In this document: in pieces, positions 16,802-26,777 of the stretch
Layout of the letters: the number at the start of each line of letters is the position of its first letter
How positions within the stretch are numbered: the stretch's first letter is position 1
Origin: Aliivibrio fischeri ES114
GTDB taxonomy: Bacteria > Pseudomonadota > Gammaproteobacteria > Enterobacterales > Vibrionaceae
Assembly: GCF_000011805.1 (NCBI RefSeq)
Contig: NC_006841.2
Direction: 5' to 3' (one strand)
Length of the DNA stretch: 32,000 nt
Notes under the pieces: model-generated
Database searches by the model: none
What the model was told of the DNA's origin: nothing
The model's input: the letters and a program-made list of their open reading frames with translations, nothing else
Made by a program: the position numbers and the translations under genes

Positions 16802-18220
16802 TTAAAATAACTTATAATTTGAGGCGTTTCTCTGTTCTCTGTGTGTTTGCAGTTGAGCTATTTGTTTATAAATAACGTAATAGCGACTGATATTTGCAAC
16901 ATAGTGAACAGGCTCTTTACTTACGTACTTCCTTGCCATTATCTCGACGTTATTAAACCAAATATTAGGGTTATAACCGTGTTTTACTGCCATTCTACGC
17001 ATTTTTCGAACGTTAGCAGGGCCAGCATTATAAGCGGCTAAAGAAAAGTACATTTGGTTCTCTTCTGTTATCTCTGGTTTTAAAAAGTAACGTTTATGTA
17101 CAAAATTCATATATTTAACACCAGCATGGATGTTATTTTCTAGTTCTCTGAAGTTTTTGATATTGATATAAGGTTCTCTTGCCGTCTTCGGTAAAACTTG
17201 CATGATTCCAACAGCACCCATATGTGAGACAAGACGGTTATTGAATTTGGACTCTTGATAAGCTTGAGCTGAAATCATTAACCAATCAAATTCATATTTA
17301 TCCGCATATTGCTCAAAGAGCGTCGCTAAACTTTTAAATTGTTTTACTGTTTCAGGGTCTACTGCTTTTTTTAGCCACTTGGTGTTAGCAAGGTATTTTT
17401 TATAAATAACATTACCTAAAAAAGATCCTTGTCGAATAGTTCTAATGTATTTGTTTACTGCTGTTTTTAATTCTGGGCTGTTTTTTCTCATTGCCCAACC
17501 AATATTGGCGTTTTCTCTAATCGGAAGAGTTTCATATATGGTGATATTCTTCATGACTTGAGTCCAAAGACGAGATTTATGACTATCGATAACCGTAATT
17601 GGTAAAATATCTTGGTTGAGCATTTCCATTAATTCATAGTCTTGTAAGTTTTCTTCTAAGAATTGAACATTGATAGGGGAGATCCCTTGGGAAGATAACT
17701 GCTTATTAATTCGCTGTAAGCTCTCAAAATAGCTTGAGCTTGGTCTAACCCATACTTCTTTACCTGATAAATCTTCTAGAGATTCTAAAGGAGGTGTAGA
17801 TGGAGAGCTAACGAGCCACTCTTGGCTGTTACTGATCACAGGATCACTAAAATCGACATATTGTAGTCGCTGCGGGGTAATCGTTAGGTTGGCAACGGCA
17901 AGATCACCAAAGCCTCGTTCTAAAGCGGTAAATAAATCATCCCGAGGGATAGGGATGACTTGAACATTAACGTGAATTTTATTTTTGCGTAAATGTAATT
18001 CGAAATGATGAAGAAATTCGGCAATGATCCCCTTCGGTTGCCCTTTTTCTATGTAATAAAAGCCAAGATCAGCAGATACTAATACTCGTATCGTTCCTTT
18101 TTTCTCTAGTTCCTTCAAATCGCCAACATAAGGTGTTTGAGTTAACGGGGAAAGCTCTATTGCAAAAGCGAGCTGAGGAAGTAGTAATAATACCCAGAAA
18201 ACGCGACGTAAACGATCCAT
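16802..18220 (-). CDS. MltF-like lytic transglycosylase (periplasmic-binding-protein-like N-domain + SLT domain)
   Basis: Signal peptide, a PBP2-like N-terminal half, and SLT motifs ESKFN, GIMQV and AYNAGP. Confidence 0.8.
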   Translation of the reverse strand: MDRLRRVFWVLLLLPQLAFAIELSPLTQTPYVGDLKELEKKGTIRVLVSADLGFYYIEKGQPKGIIAEFLHHFELHLRKNKIHVNVQVIPIPRDDLFTALERGFGDLAVANLTITPQRLQYVDFSDPVISNSQEWLVSSPSTPPLESLEDLSGKEVWVRPSSSYFESLQRINKQLSSQGISPINVQFLEENLQDYELMEMLNQDILPITVIDSHKSRLWTQVMKNITIYETLPIRENANIGWAMRKNSPELKTAVNKYIRTIRQGSFLGNVIYKKYLANTKWLKKAVDPETVKQFKSLATLFEQYADKYEFDWLMISAQAYQESKFNNRLVSHMGAVGIMQVLPKTAREPYINIKNFRELENNIHAGVKYMNFVHKRYFLKPEITEENQMYFSLAAYNAGPANVRKMRRMAVKHGYNPNIWFNNVEIMARKYVSKEPVHYVANISRYYVIYKQIAQLQTHREQRNASNYKLF

Positions 18221-18310
18221 GTTATGAGTCCTTGTTTAACAGTGTATTAACAATTTATGTTGAAATTAGATGAAATTCAAGTCCTCTTCATTCTATGCTC
18301 TCGATTTACA

Positions 18311-19744
18311 TTAGATATTATCAAAGTCGAATGTGGCTTTATTTAACGCATTACGTTGCTCTTTTTGTTCTTTTAACTGAACTATTTGTTTATAAATTAC
18401 ATAGTAACGACTTATGTTTGATACATAATGAACCGGTTCTTTACTGATATATTTCAACGCCATTAATTCCACATTATTGAACCAAACATTAGGGTCATAA
18501 CCTTGTTCTTGCGCTTTTTTTCGAATGCGTCTTATTTTAGCAGGTCCTGCATTATAAGCGGCTAATGAGAAGTAGAGCTGATTATCTGCGGATATTTCTG
18601 GTTTATCAAAATATCGTTTATGCACAAAGCTTAAGTATTTAATACCTGCATGTATGTTGTTTTCTAAGGTATAAATATTGTCTATTTGAACATGCTTATC
18701 TTTTGCTGTGCTCGGTAAGACTTGCATGATTCCAACAGCACCTTTATGAGATACGGCTTTATTATCCAACCTAGATTCTTGATAAGCTAAGGCTGAAGTT
18801 AGCTGCCAATCTAAGTTATACATACTAGAGTAGTGTTTAAATAAATCAGACAGCTCGTAAAGCTTATCGATATTATCGGTTTGTAGAATTTTCGCTAACC
18901 ACTTTTCGTCATTAAGGTATTTTTTATAAATTAAATTACCTAGAAATGACCCTTTTTTTATTTTAGTAATGTATTGATTTACGACATTAGTTAGCTGAGG
19001 GCTATTTTTTCGTACTGCCCATGCGATATTAATATCTTGTTTTAATGGGAATTCTTCATGATATTGAATGTTAGGGATGATCTTTTTCCATAGTATTGCT
19101 CGATAATTTTCTATTACGGTTGCTGGTAATAACTTATTTTCAACCATCTCAAGAACTTCATTATCACCTAATGATTCTTCTAAAAAATGAACATCCATAG
19201 GAGCCATATTATTTGACGTCAGTTGTTCATTAATGTTTTGAAGTGTCTCAAAGTAACTGGAGCTGCCTTTTACCCATATTTCTTTACCTGAAAGATCGGC
19301 TAGCTCAGTGATAGGGGCGTGTCCTTTAGCTGTGATTAACCACTCTTCACTGTCTTTTATTGTGGGAGTACTAAAGTCGATATGGCGTAATCGAGCTTTG
19401 GTGATCGCTAAGTGGCCAACGGCAATGTCTCCAAATCCTGCTTTTAATGACCATATTAAATCATCATCAGAGACGGGAATAATTCGAATATGAGTGTGAT
19501 CATTTTTTTTCGCTAAATGACGCTCAAAGTGTGAGAGAAATTCTGAAATTATTCCGATGGGTTTACCATTACTTACTTGATAAAAACCAACTTCCATTGA
19601 AACCAGAACACGAATTACCCCTTTTTTTGATATTTCATTGTAATCACCCTTATAGGATTTGTTACTTAGAGGGGCTAGCTCAAGTGCTTCAGCGTTTATA
19701 GGTAATATAAGTAGAGTAAAAAATAACTTATGGAATAGATTCAT
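18311..19744 (-). CDS. MltF-like lytic transglycosylase, tandem paralog
   Basis: Same architecture and colinear with 16802..18220, with roughly half to two-thirds identical residues by eye. Motifs ESRLD, GIMQV and AYNAGP. Confidence 0.8.
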   Translation of the reverse strand: MNLFHKLFFTLLILPINAEALELAPLSNKSYKGDYNEISKKGVIRVLVSMEVGFYQVSNGKPIGIISEFLSHFERHLAKKNDHTHIRIIPVSDDDLIWSLKAGFGDIAVGHLAITKARLRHIDFSTPTIKDSEEWLITAKGHAPITELADLSGKEIWVKGSSSYFETLQNINEQLTSNNMAPMDVHFLEESLGDNEVLEMVENKLLPATVIENYRAILWKKIIPNIQYHEEFPLKQDINIAWAVRKNSPQLTNVVNQYITKIKKGSFLGNLIYKKYLNDEKWLAKILQTDNIDKLYELSDLFKHYSSMYNLDWQLTSALAYQESRLDNKAVSHKGAVGIMQVLPSTAKDKHVQIDNIYTLENNIHAGIKYLSFVHKRYFDKPEISADNQLYFSLAAYNAGPAKIRRIRKKAQEQGYDPNVWFNNVELMALKYISKEPVHYVSNISRYYVIYKQIVQLKEQKEQRNALNKATFDFDNI

Positions 19745-19949
19745 AGTTTGTCATCCATGATACAACATGATTACAACTTATGTTTCCATACTGTTAAAGA
19801 CAAGGCGTTATTTTACTGTTTTTCTGTCGTTTTATTTTTGAGACGACAACGATGAGCTAAGCTACAATTAAGTGTTTAATTTATGATTATTTAAGTTTTT
19901 TTTTGAAGGGAATAGTAATAGTGAAAATGTTTATTATTCACTAGATGAA

Positions 19950-19980
19950 TATAAGTCAGCGGTTTTTTTGCTGACTTATA
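19950..19980 (-). terminator. terminator-like hairpin downstream of the OM beta-barrel gene
   Basis: 11-bp perfect stem TATAAGTCAGC/GCTGACTTATA with a 9-nt loop. The U-tract on both strands is weak. Confidence 0.35.
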
Positions 19981-20008
19981 TAGATGGTTATGTTCGTTAA
20001 AGAGGGAG

Positions 20009-20548
20009 TTAGAATGTGAAACGAGCAGTCATCATCATTTGTCCGCCATATACGCCATTAAATTTGGCTTCTGCACCCACAGATAATTGTTCTGTTGAGT
20101 GGAATCGGAAATGAACACTACCAATATTCTTGCTGTCATTACTATCAAACAATTGACCGTATTGTGCACCTACTTCAATTTGCTGCATTAACCACACTCG
20201 GAAACCGATATTAATCTCGGTAAGCATTTCATCGCCAAATTTATCACTTCCTTTGTCTTTCACATTGTGTAGTAATAATTGGCCATAAATATCAGAAAAT
20301 TCGTTAACTGGACCGTTAAAACCAATACCACCGCTAATATCCCAATCACCAGAAAATTTGGTGTCTGCTTTTGCTATCAAATGAGAGTTTTCAGTGAATT
20401 GTTGGTTAACTTGAACCCCATAAGTACCAGGGCTGGTTCCAATTCGTGCTTCAAAAAAGCTGTAAGGAAAGTTATTTGCCATTGCTGTCGAAGAAGATAG
20501 CGCTGTTGCTAATAAGAACGCTTTTTTGATGAATTTTGTTGATGCCAT
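20009..20548 (-). CDS. small outer-membrane beta-barrel protein
   Basis: Signal peptide ending AMA, alternating amphipathic strands, and a C-terminal aromatic signature (...TARFTF). Confidence 0.7.
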   Translation of the reverse strand: MASTKFIKKAFLLATALSSSTAMANNFPYSFFEARIGTSPGTYGVQVNQQFTENSHLIAKADTKFSGDWDISGGIGFNGPVNEFSDIYGQLLLHNVKDKGSDKFGDEMLTEINIGFRVWLMQQIEVGAQYGQLFDSNDSKNIGSVHFRFHSTEQLSVGAEAKFNGVYGGQMMMTARFTF

Positions 20549-20583
20549 AACCTTATAACCTGATATTTATGAATTTTATCTAT

Positions 20584-20609
20584 AAAAAAAGCCTGCAAAA
20601 AGCAGGCCA
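20584..20609 (-). terminator. rho-independent terminator after the ygiW-like gene
   Basis: The minus strand reads GCCTGC-ttttt-GCAGGC followed by TTTTTTT. Confidence 0.7.
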
Positions 20610-20631
20610 GTTTATAAGGAGAGGGTATGTT

Positions 20632-21012
20632 TTATAGTATCTGAATTCGCTCTACTTCAATTTCTGGAGTGCTACCACCTTCATATTCACCAAAAATACG
20701 AACCTTGGTTGTTTCATTGATTGTAGTTGGTTGTGAAATATCATCATCTAACTCGATTTGAATTTCTTTTGTACCATCAGTAAATACATATTTGTCTTTT
20801 CGAATGTGGCGAATGATTCTTCCATCAATAATAGCGTCTTGTTCTGCAAACATACTTGTATCAGTTAATAGTTCCGCAACCGATGTGGTTTCAACCGGTC
20901 CTGTATAGTTAAAAGTTCGAGAGTCGTGATCTTTATTATGTCCTCCATCTGCAAGTGCGATCGTTGGAGATAGGATTAGAGCGGCTGTGATTGCGATAAT
21001 TGTCTTTTTCAT
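20632..21012 (-). CDS. YgiW/YdeI-family periplasmic OB-fold (BOF) stress protein
   Basis: 126 aa with a signal peptide. The FTGPVETTSVAEL...DGRIIRHIRKDKYVFTDGTKEIQIELDDD pattern is typical of the family. Confidence 0.8.
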   Translation of the reverse strand: MKKTIIAITAALILSPTIALADGGHNKDHDSRTFNYTGPVETTSVAELLTDTSMFAEQDAIIDGRIIRHIRKDKYVFTDGTKEIQIELDDDISQPTTINETTKVRIFGEYEGGSTPEIEVERIQIL

Positions 21013-21202
21013 AATGGCTTCCTTTTGTAAATAATTTCTAGTACCTAGTACTTGTCTCGTTTAGTTGTCTCTATTAAAGCAAATACAGTTTGAATCTAGC
21101 GTGAGGGAGATGTTCATATTCCATTCATTTTTAAACAAGAAGCGATAATCGATTGATGTTATTATTCTTGTTCTTAAAAATTTTATGAATTTAGATGGAA
21201 TT

Positions 21203-22690
21203 ATGCGTAAATATTCTCCCTTGATGGTTCAAGGAACCACATCAGATGCTGGAAAGACAGTTCTTGTGGCAGGCTTATGCCGATTACTTGCCAATAAAGG
21301 GATCCAAGTTGCCCCTTTTAAGCCACAGAATATGGCGTTAAATAGTGCAGTAACAGAAGATGGTGGAGAGATTGGCCGAGCTCAAGCTCTTCAAGCTGAT
21401 GCTGCAAGGGTTAAACCGCATGTTCATATGAATCCAATCTTACTGAAACCAAATACAGATATTGGCGCTCAAGTTATTGTCCAAGGAAAGGCGATTGAAA
21501 CCATGGATGCATGGGGCTTCCACGATTATAAAAAGTTGGCAATGCCATATGTATTAGAATCATTTTCTTATTTATCTAATAACTATGAATGCGTAGTTAT
21601 TGAAGGGGCAGGGAGCCCTGCTGAGATAAATTTACGTGAAAATGATATAGCGAATATGGGGTTTGCGGAGGCGGCAGACGTTCCTGTCATTATTGTTGCT
21701 GATATTGATCGTGGTGGGGTATTTGCCCATCTTTATGGCACATTGGCTTTATTGTCTGAATCAGAGCAAGCTCGAGTAAAAGGTTTCGTTATTAACCGTT
21801 TTCGTGGGGATATTTCACTTCTTGTTCCTGGGCTTGAATGGCTAGAAGAAAAAACGGGTAAGCCTGTATTGGGGGTCATTCCTTATTTGCATGGTTTAAA
21901 TTTAGAAGCTGAAGATGCGATAAAAAGTGAGCAATTGGATAAAGGTAAATTTATCGTAAAAGTGCCAGTGGTAACTCGTATTAGTAACCATACGGATTTT
22001 GATCCATTGCGTTTGCATCCAGAGATTGATTTGCAATTTATCGGGAAAGGCGATTCTTTATCTGGCGCTGATTTTATTATTTTACCAGGAAGCAAATCGG
22101 TTCAGGCGGACTTAGAATACATAAAATCTCAAGGTTGGGATAAAGATATTGAGCGCCATTTACGATATGGCGGAAAAGTAATGGGAATTTGTGGCGGTTA
22201 TCAAATGCTTGGTGAGCATCTTGCCGACCCTCTTGGTATTGAAGGTGTCCCATGTCGCGTTAAAGGATTGGGGTATTTATCCATTTCAACAGAACTACAA
22301 AAACAGAAGCAACTAACGTTAGTGGAAGGCACACTAGCACTGCCTAATCAAAATGCGGTCAAAGTAAAAGGGTATGAGATACATGCAGGTGTAAGCACTA
22401 ACTTAGGAAAAGAGCACATACCAATCAGTATTCATACAAAAGATGCGATGAGATATGATGGTACTATTAATGATGAAAATTCTATTTTTGGTACGTACTT
22501 ACATGGCGTTTTTGATGAACCAGAAGCATTTGAAGCGATTTTAACGTGGGCTGGATTAGAAAAATGTCAAGCAATTAATATGCACGATATCCAAGAAGAG
22601 GCCATTGAGCGCATTGCAAAATCAATGGAAGACAGTTTAGATTTATCATTAATTTGGCCTGATGTTTTTGAAAAGAATAAAGCTTATTAA
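21203..22690 (+). CDS. cobQ: cobyric acid synthase
   Basis: [12 protein letters not shown] aligns with the Salmonella CbiP MLQGTASDVGKS. Also [18 protein letters not shown], and a C-terminal amidotransferase domain ([13 protein letters not shown]). The ATG at 21203 is preferred; 21185 is possible. Confidence 0.9.
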   Translation: MRKYSPLMVQGTTSDAGKTVLVAGLCRLLANKGIQVAPFKPQNMALNSAVTEDGGEIGRAQALQADAARVKPHVHMNPILLKPNTDIGAQVIVQGKAIETMDAWGFHDYKKLAMPYVLESFSYLSNNYECVVIEGAGSPAEINLRENDIANMGFAEAADVPVIIVADIDRGGVFAHLYGTLALLSESEQARVKGFVINRFRGDISLLVPGLEWLEEKTGKPVLGVIPYLHGLNLEAEDAIKSEQLDKGKFIVKVPVVTRISNHTDFDPLRLHPEIDLQFIGKGDSLSGADFIILPGSKSVQADLEYIKSQGWDKDIERHLRYGGKVMGICGGYQMLGEHLADPLGIEGVPCRVKGLGYLSISTELQKQKQLTLVEGTLALPNQNAVKVKGYEIHAGVSTNLGKEHIPISIHTKDAMRYDGTINDENSIFGTYLHGVFDEPEAFEAILTWAGLEKCQAINMHDIQEEAIERIAKSMEDSLDLSLIWPDVFEKNKAY

Positions 22691-22701
22691 AGGGAACACT
22701 A

Positions 22702-23439
22702 ATGTTACGAATAACGCTGTTTTTAACTTTAATGATGAGTACATTTTTTGCTTCTGCAAATGTGACGGTTTATGCCGCATCATCATTAACAAATGTAATG
22801 GATGACATTGTTTATGCTTACCAACGCCAAACTGGAAATAAAATTCGTGTAAGTTATGCGGGTTCATCTTCTCTTGCTCGTCAGATAGCTAACGGAGCAC
22901 CTGCTGATATTTATTTATCTGCTAACACTAAGTGGATGGATTATTTACTAAATCAAGGCCAAATAGAACCAGGCACAAATCGAGATTTATTAAAAAATAG
23001 TTTAGTACTCGTTGCTTCAAAAAGTACACCAAAAGTGGATTCGTGGCAGTGGTTTATACAGCAAAAAGATCTACGTTTATCTATGGCTGATCCTAGACAC
23101 GTACCGGCAGGTATTTATGGTAAACAGAGTCTAGAGAACCAAAAACGTTGGGAGTCTGTCAGTCATCGAATTGCATCAGGAAATAATGTCCGTTCTGCAC
23201 TGCTGTTTGTAGAACGTGATGAAGCACCATTAGGTATTGTATATAAAACCGATGCGCTTTCTTCAAAAGGTGTGACGATTGTTGAGGAATTTCCTAATGA
23301 AACACACGATCCGATTATTTATCCTGTAGCTATCGTTAAAGATAAATCATCACAAGAGGTGCTCGATTTTTATCATTACTTACTATCTAAAAAGGCAACA
23401 GATCAATTTATGAAATACGGATTTACCCCTTTCAAATGA
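22702..23439 (+). CDS. modA: molybdate ABC transporter periplasmic binding protein
   Basis: Signal peptide then VTVYAASSLTNVMDDI, PADIYLSAN and a later VPAGIYGKQ motif. It lies directly upstream of modB and modC. Confidence 0.9.
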   Translation: MLRITLFLTLMMSTFFASANVTVYAASSLTNVMDDIVYAYQRQTGNKIRVSYAGSSSLARQIANGAPADIYLSANTKWMDYLLNQGQIEPGTNRDLLKNSLVLVASKSTPKVDSWQWFIQQKDLRLSMADPRHVPAGIYGKQSLENQKRWESVSHRIASGNNVRSALLFVERDEAPLGIVYKTDALSSKGVTIVEEFPNETHDPIIYPVAIVKDKSSQEVLDFYHYLLSKKATDQFMKYGFTPFK

Positions 23440-24125
23440 TACTGACAGATTACGAAATAGAAGCGTTACTGCTGAGTTTAAAAATTGCTGGGATTGCGGT
23501 GAGCTTTTCATTGCCCATCGGGATCTTGCTTGCTTGGTTATTAGCGCGTTGTGACTTCAAAGGAAAGTCTATACTAGATGGTATCATTCATTTACCTTTG
23601 GTATTACCACCTGTCGTTATTGGATATTTATTGCTTATTTCAATGGGGCGACAAGGTATTATTGGTAAATGGCTCTATGAATGGTTTGGGTTAACCTTTA
23701 GCTTTAACTGGAAAGGTGCCGCTTTAGCCTCCGCGATTGTCGCTTTGCCGTTGATGGTTCGTGCGATTCGTTTAGCGTTAGAATCTGTTGATCAAAAACT
23801 GGAACAGGCGGCAAGAACACTTGGTGCTTCACGTTTTAAAGTCTTTTCTACTATCACGCTTCCCTTGATGCTGCCAGGTATTCTTACTGGAGCCGTTTTA
23901 GCTTTCGCACGCAGTTTGGGAGAGTTTGGGGCAACAATCAGTTTTGTATCTAATATTGAGGGTGAAACACGAACTTTACCCCTTGCTATGTTTAGCTATA
24001 TTGAAATTCCTGGAGCAGAAATGGAAGCTGCACGTTTGTGTGTTATTTCAATCATTGTCGCCTTAATTTCATTGCTATTATCTGAATTTTTAGCTCGTGC
24101 AAGCAAAAAGAAGTTGATGGGTTAA
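23436..24125 (+). CDS. modB: molybdate ABC transporter permease
   Basis: MetI-type permease with the EAA-loop region QAARTLGASRFKVFSTITLPL. The start overlaps the modA stop (ATGA). Confidence 0.9.
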   Translation: MILTDYEIEALLLSLKIAGIAVSFSLPIGILLAWLLARCDFKGKSILDGIIHLPLVLPPVVIGYLLLISMGRQGIIGKWLYEWFGLTFSFNWKGAALASAIVALPLMVRAIRLALESVDQKLEQAARTLGASRFKVFSTITLPLMLPGILTGAVLAFARSLGEFGATISFVSNIEGETRTLPLAMFSYIEIPGAEMEAARLCVISIIVALISLLLSEFLARASKKKLMG

Positions 24126-24128
24126 GTC

Positions 24129-25223
24129 ATGTTACTGATTGATATAAAAAAACAACTTGGTGATTTGTTATTAGACGTTAAGTTATCACTTCCTTCTTCT
24201 GGTATCAGTGCGATCTTTGGACGTTCTGGTGCAGGGAAATCCTCACTTGCCAATGTAATTAGCGGATTAACTTCTCCTGAAGAGGGCCGTATTACATTAA
24301 ATAATCGTGTTTTATTTGATTCAGAATCAAAAGTATCGATGCCGCCAGAAAAGCGTAATATCGGTTACGTTTTTCAAGATGCTCGTTTATTTCCTCATTA
24401 TAAAGTGGAAGGTAACTTGTTGTATGGGTGTGGTGGAAAAAGAACACCGCATTTTAACGATGTAGTGAAGTTATTAGATATTGAGTCCTTATTGACTCGT
24501 TATCCACATTCTTTATCTGGTGGTGAAAAGCAACGTGTTGCCATCGGACGAGCCATCTTATCTGAACCAGCACTGCTAATCATGGATGAGCCATTGGCGT
24601 CTTTAGATCTGCCAAGAAAACATGAGGTCATGCCTTATTTGGAGCGCCTTGCAAAAGAGATTAAAATTCCAATCCTTTATGTTTCACACAGCTTAGATGA
24701 AATTTTACGATTGGCCGATAATATGGTGCTGTTAAATCAAGGTAGCGTCAGTTTATCAGGAGATATTACCTCTGTTTGGGGCTCTCCGTTAATGAGACCG
24801 TGGTTAAACGCTTCGGAGCATTCTGCATTATTGGAAGGTACGATTTCTGAATTACATTCAGATCATCCTATGACAAAAGTGACACTCAATAATAGTCAAC
24901 AAGGTATTTGGGTAAAGTCTCCTTGTGATTGTGTTGAAGAAGGAAAAAAAATTCGTTTACGTATCCGCGCTAATGATGTATCACTCATTAAACAGCAGCC
25001 TCAACATAGCTCAATTCGTAATATTTTACCGGTTGTCATTGAAGATCTCAGTGAGGATAAAGAGAATGATGTTGTTGCGGTAAAATTAAACTTATCTGGC
25101 CATGTTTTATGGGCCAATATTACCCTTTGGGCTCGTGATGAGTTGCAGTTAGGTATAGGACAATCTTGGTTCGCTCAAATTAAAGGGGTCAGTGTGACAC
25201 AGTCTGATCTATGTTCAAAATAA
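24129..25223 (+). CDS. modC: molybdate ABC transporter ATP-binding protein
   Basis: Walker A GRSGAGKSS, signature LSGGEKQRV, Walker B LLIMDEP, and a C-terminal TOBE-like domain. Confidence 0.9.
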   Translation: MLLIDIKKQLGDLLLDVKLSLPSSGISAIFGRSGAGKSSLANVISGLTSPEEGRITLNNRVLFDSESKVSMPPEKRNIGYVFQDARLFPHYKVEGNLLYGCGGKRTPHFNDVVKLLDIESLLTRYPHSLSGGEKQRVAIGRAILSEPALLIMDEPLASLDLPRKHEVMPYLERLAKEIKIPILYVSHSLDEILRLADNMVLLNQGSVSLSGDITSVWGSPLMRPWLNASEHSALLEGTISELHSDHPMTKVTLNNSQQGIWVKSPCDCVEEGKKIRLRIRANDVSLIKQQPQHSSIRNILPVVIEDLSEDKENDVVAVKLNLSGHVLWANITLWARDELQLGIGQSWFAQIKGVSVTQSDLCSK

Positions 25224-25233
25224 GGAAAACATA

Positions 25234-25914
25234 ATGAAGTACCAATGGATCTTATTTGATGCAGATGAAACCTTGTTTCACTTTGACGCTTTTGCAGGCT
25301 TGCAACGAATGTTTGCTGGCTATGGTGTTGAATTTGGTAAAGAAGAGTTTATTGAATACCAATTAGTGAATAAACCTTTGTGGATCGATTATCAAAATAA
25401 TGAAATAACGGCTCAGCAATTACAAGAAACACGTTTTGAAGAGTGGGCAAAAAAGGTAGGCGTGACGCCAAAAGCCATGAATAGTGCTTTTATGATGGCA
25501 ATGGCTGAGATTTGTACACCATTGGATGGTGCAAGAGAATTACTTGATTCATTGTTAGCAAGTAATGTGAAGATGGGGATCATTACTAATGGCTTCACTG
25601 AATTACAAAAAATTCGTTTAGAGAAAACTGAATTTAGCCATTATTTTGAGCTTATCGTTATTTCAGAACAAGTAGGAATAGCAAAACCAGATAAGCGCAT
25701 TTTTGAACATACATTTTCTATGATAGGTAATGTTGATTTGTCTACTGTACTGATGGTAGGGGATAACCCGGACTCTGATGTATTAGGAGGCATGAATGCA
25801 GGTATAGATACATGTTGGCTTAATGTTGATGGTAAAGCCTGTCCTGAGGGCGTTGAGCCAACTTATGAAGTGGCTTCCTTATCGGAATTGAAAACGATAC
25901 TTAAGTCGCTATAA
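25234..25914 (+). CDS. yjjG: HAD-family pyrimidine 5'-nucleotidase
   Basis: Colinear with E. coli YjjG as I recall it: WILFDADETLFHFDAF, NKPLWIDYQN, MAEICTPL, GIITNGF, VGIAKPDKRIF, MVGDNPDSD and TCWLN. Confidence 0.85.
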   Translation: MKYQWILFDADETLFHFDAFAGLQRMFAGYGVEFGKEEFIEYQLVNKPLWIDYQNNEITAQQLQETRFEEWAKKVGVTPKAMNSAFMMAMAEICTPLDGARELLDSLLASNVKMGIITNGFTELQKIRLEKTEFSHYFELIVISEQVGIAKPDKRIFEHTFSMIGNVDLSTVLMVGDNPDSDVLGGMNAGIDTCWLNVDGKACPEGVEPTYEVASLSELKTILKSL

Positions 25915-25923
25915 GAAAAAAAT

Positions 25924-25960
25924 AAAAAAGCCCTTAGGATCTTTGTCCTAAGGGCTTTTT
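25924..25960. terminator. bidirectional rho-independent terminator
   Basis: AAAAAGCCCTTAGGA-tctttg-TCCTAAGGGCTTTTT between convergent units. Confidence 0.75.
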
Positions 25961-25994
25961 ATGTAGTAAAACGAATTGGTAGCAATGGTGTTTC

Positions 25995-26171
25995 TTATTC
26001 TTCAGAAGTTGCTGAATCCATCAAATTGTCAGACGCTTGCTCTGCTTCAAGTTCCATTTTTTCTCTATCTGCTTTCGAGATATATTTTGGCTTGTTTGCG
26101 CGACTTTGCTTAGTTTGATTTTTACGGTGTTTCTTTAAAATCGCGTCTTTAACTTTCTTTTTACGACTCAT
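25995..26171 (-). CDS. small basic protein, 58 aa (not in the supplied ORF track; DUF2986-like from memory)
   Basis: My own translation of the minus strand is MSRKKKVKDAILKKHRKNQTKQSRANKPKYISKADREKMELEAEQASDNLMDSATSEE*. The ATG lies 4 nt after the yaiL-like stop, and the shared terminator follows. Confidence 0.55.
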   Translation of the reverse strand: MSRKKKVKDAILKKHRKNQTKQSRANKPKYISKADREKMELEAEQASDNLMDSATSEE

Positions 26172-26175
26172 CGAA

Positions 26176-26694
26176 TTACCACATTAAATCATCAGGAATA
26201 ACAAACTCTGCGTATGGGTCATCTTCGTCTTTTTCTTCTTCAGAAATAACGTTGTTTAACACTACGATAGACTCATCACGAAGTGTGATTTTGTCAGCAA
26301 CACCAGCAGGAACGACTTCGTAATCATCATTAAAGTTCACGATAGCAAGACGACCTGCAACGAGTTGATCTTGCATTGCTTTATCAACGTAAATTTTCTT
26401 CACTAACGTACCATCAGTAAAGTTATAACCGATATCACCATGTGCACGATCAATTTTGTTTACGCTAATTAGTTGCTTAATCTGAGCAGCTAATTCTTTT
26501 TGCTCTTTTTCGAGTTTCTGCTGCAGGCTTAATTCTTTGTCTCTTTCTGCTTGAGCGAGTTTATTTGCTTCAACCGCTGCTTTTGCTTCGCGATTTTGAA
26601 CTCTTGATTTTTTCGATGCTTTTTTTGCTTTCGCTGCTTTCTTTTGGTTCACTAACCCAGCTTTTAGCATTTGCTCTTGTAAGCTCAGTGCCAT
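26176..26694 (-). CDS. yaiL: DUF2058 nucleoprotein/polynucleotide-associated protein (YaiL family)
   Basis: LQEQMLKAGLV...KKAAK, GDIGYNFTDG, GRLAIV, and a C-terminal EDDPYAEFVIPDDLMW that matches the E. coli YaiL ending DDPYADFKVPDDLMW. Confidence 0.85.
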   Translation of the reverse strand: MALSLQEQMLKAGLVNQKKAAKAKKASKKSRVQNREAKAAVEANKLAQAERDKELSLQQKLEKEQKELAAQIKQLISVNKIDRAHGDIGYNFTDGTLVKKIYVDKAMQDQLVAGRLAIVNFNDDYEVVPAGVADKITLRDESIVVLNNVISEEEKDEDDPYAEFVIPDDLMW

Positions 26695-26777
26695 ATGTTG
26701 TTCCTAATTAATATTTGCAGAATTAAAATGATTATCCCATGAGTTGTATGGGATTTAAAGATATAGAGAGAAGTAAG

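Noticed and set aside
21013-21202. Possible cobalamin riboswitch upstream of cobQ
   Set aside because: I found no B12-box-like core (GCCACTG-type) or the expected GC-rich helices by eye. A covariance-model search would be needed to be certain.
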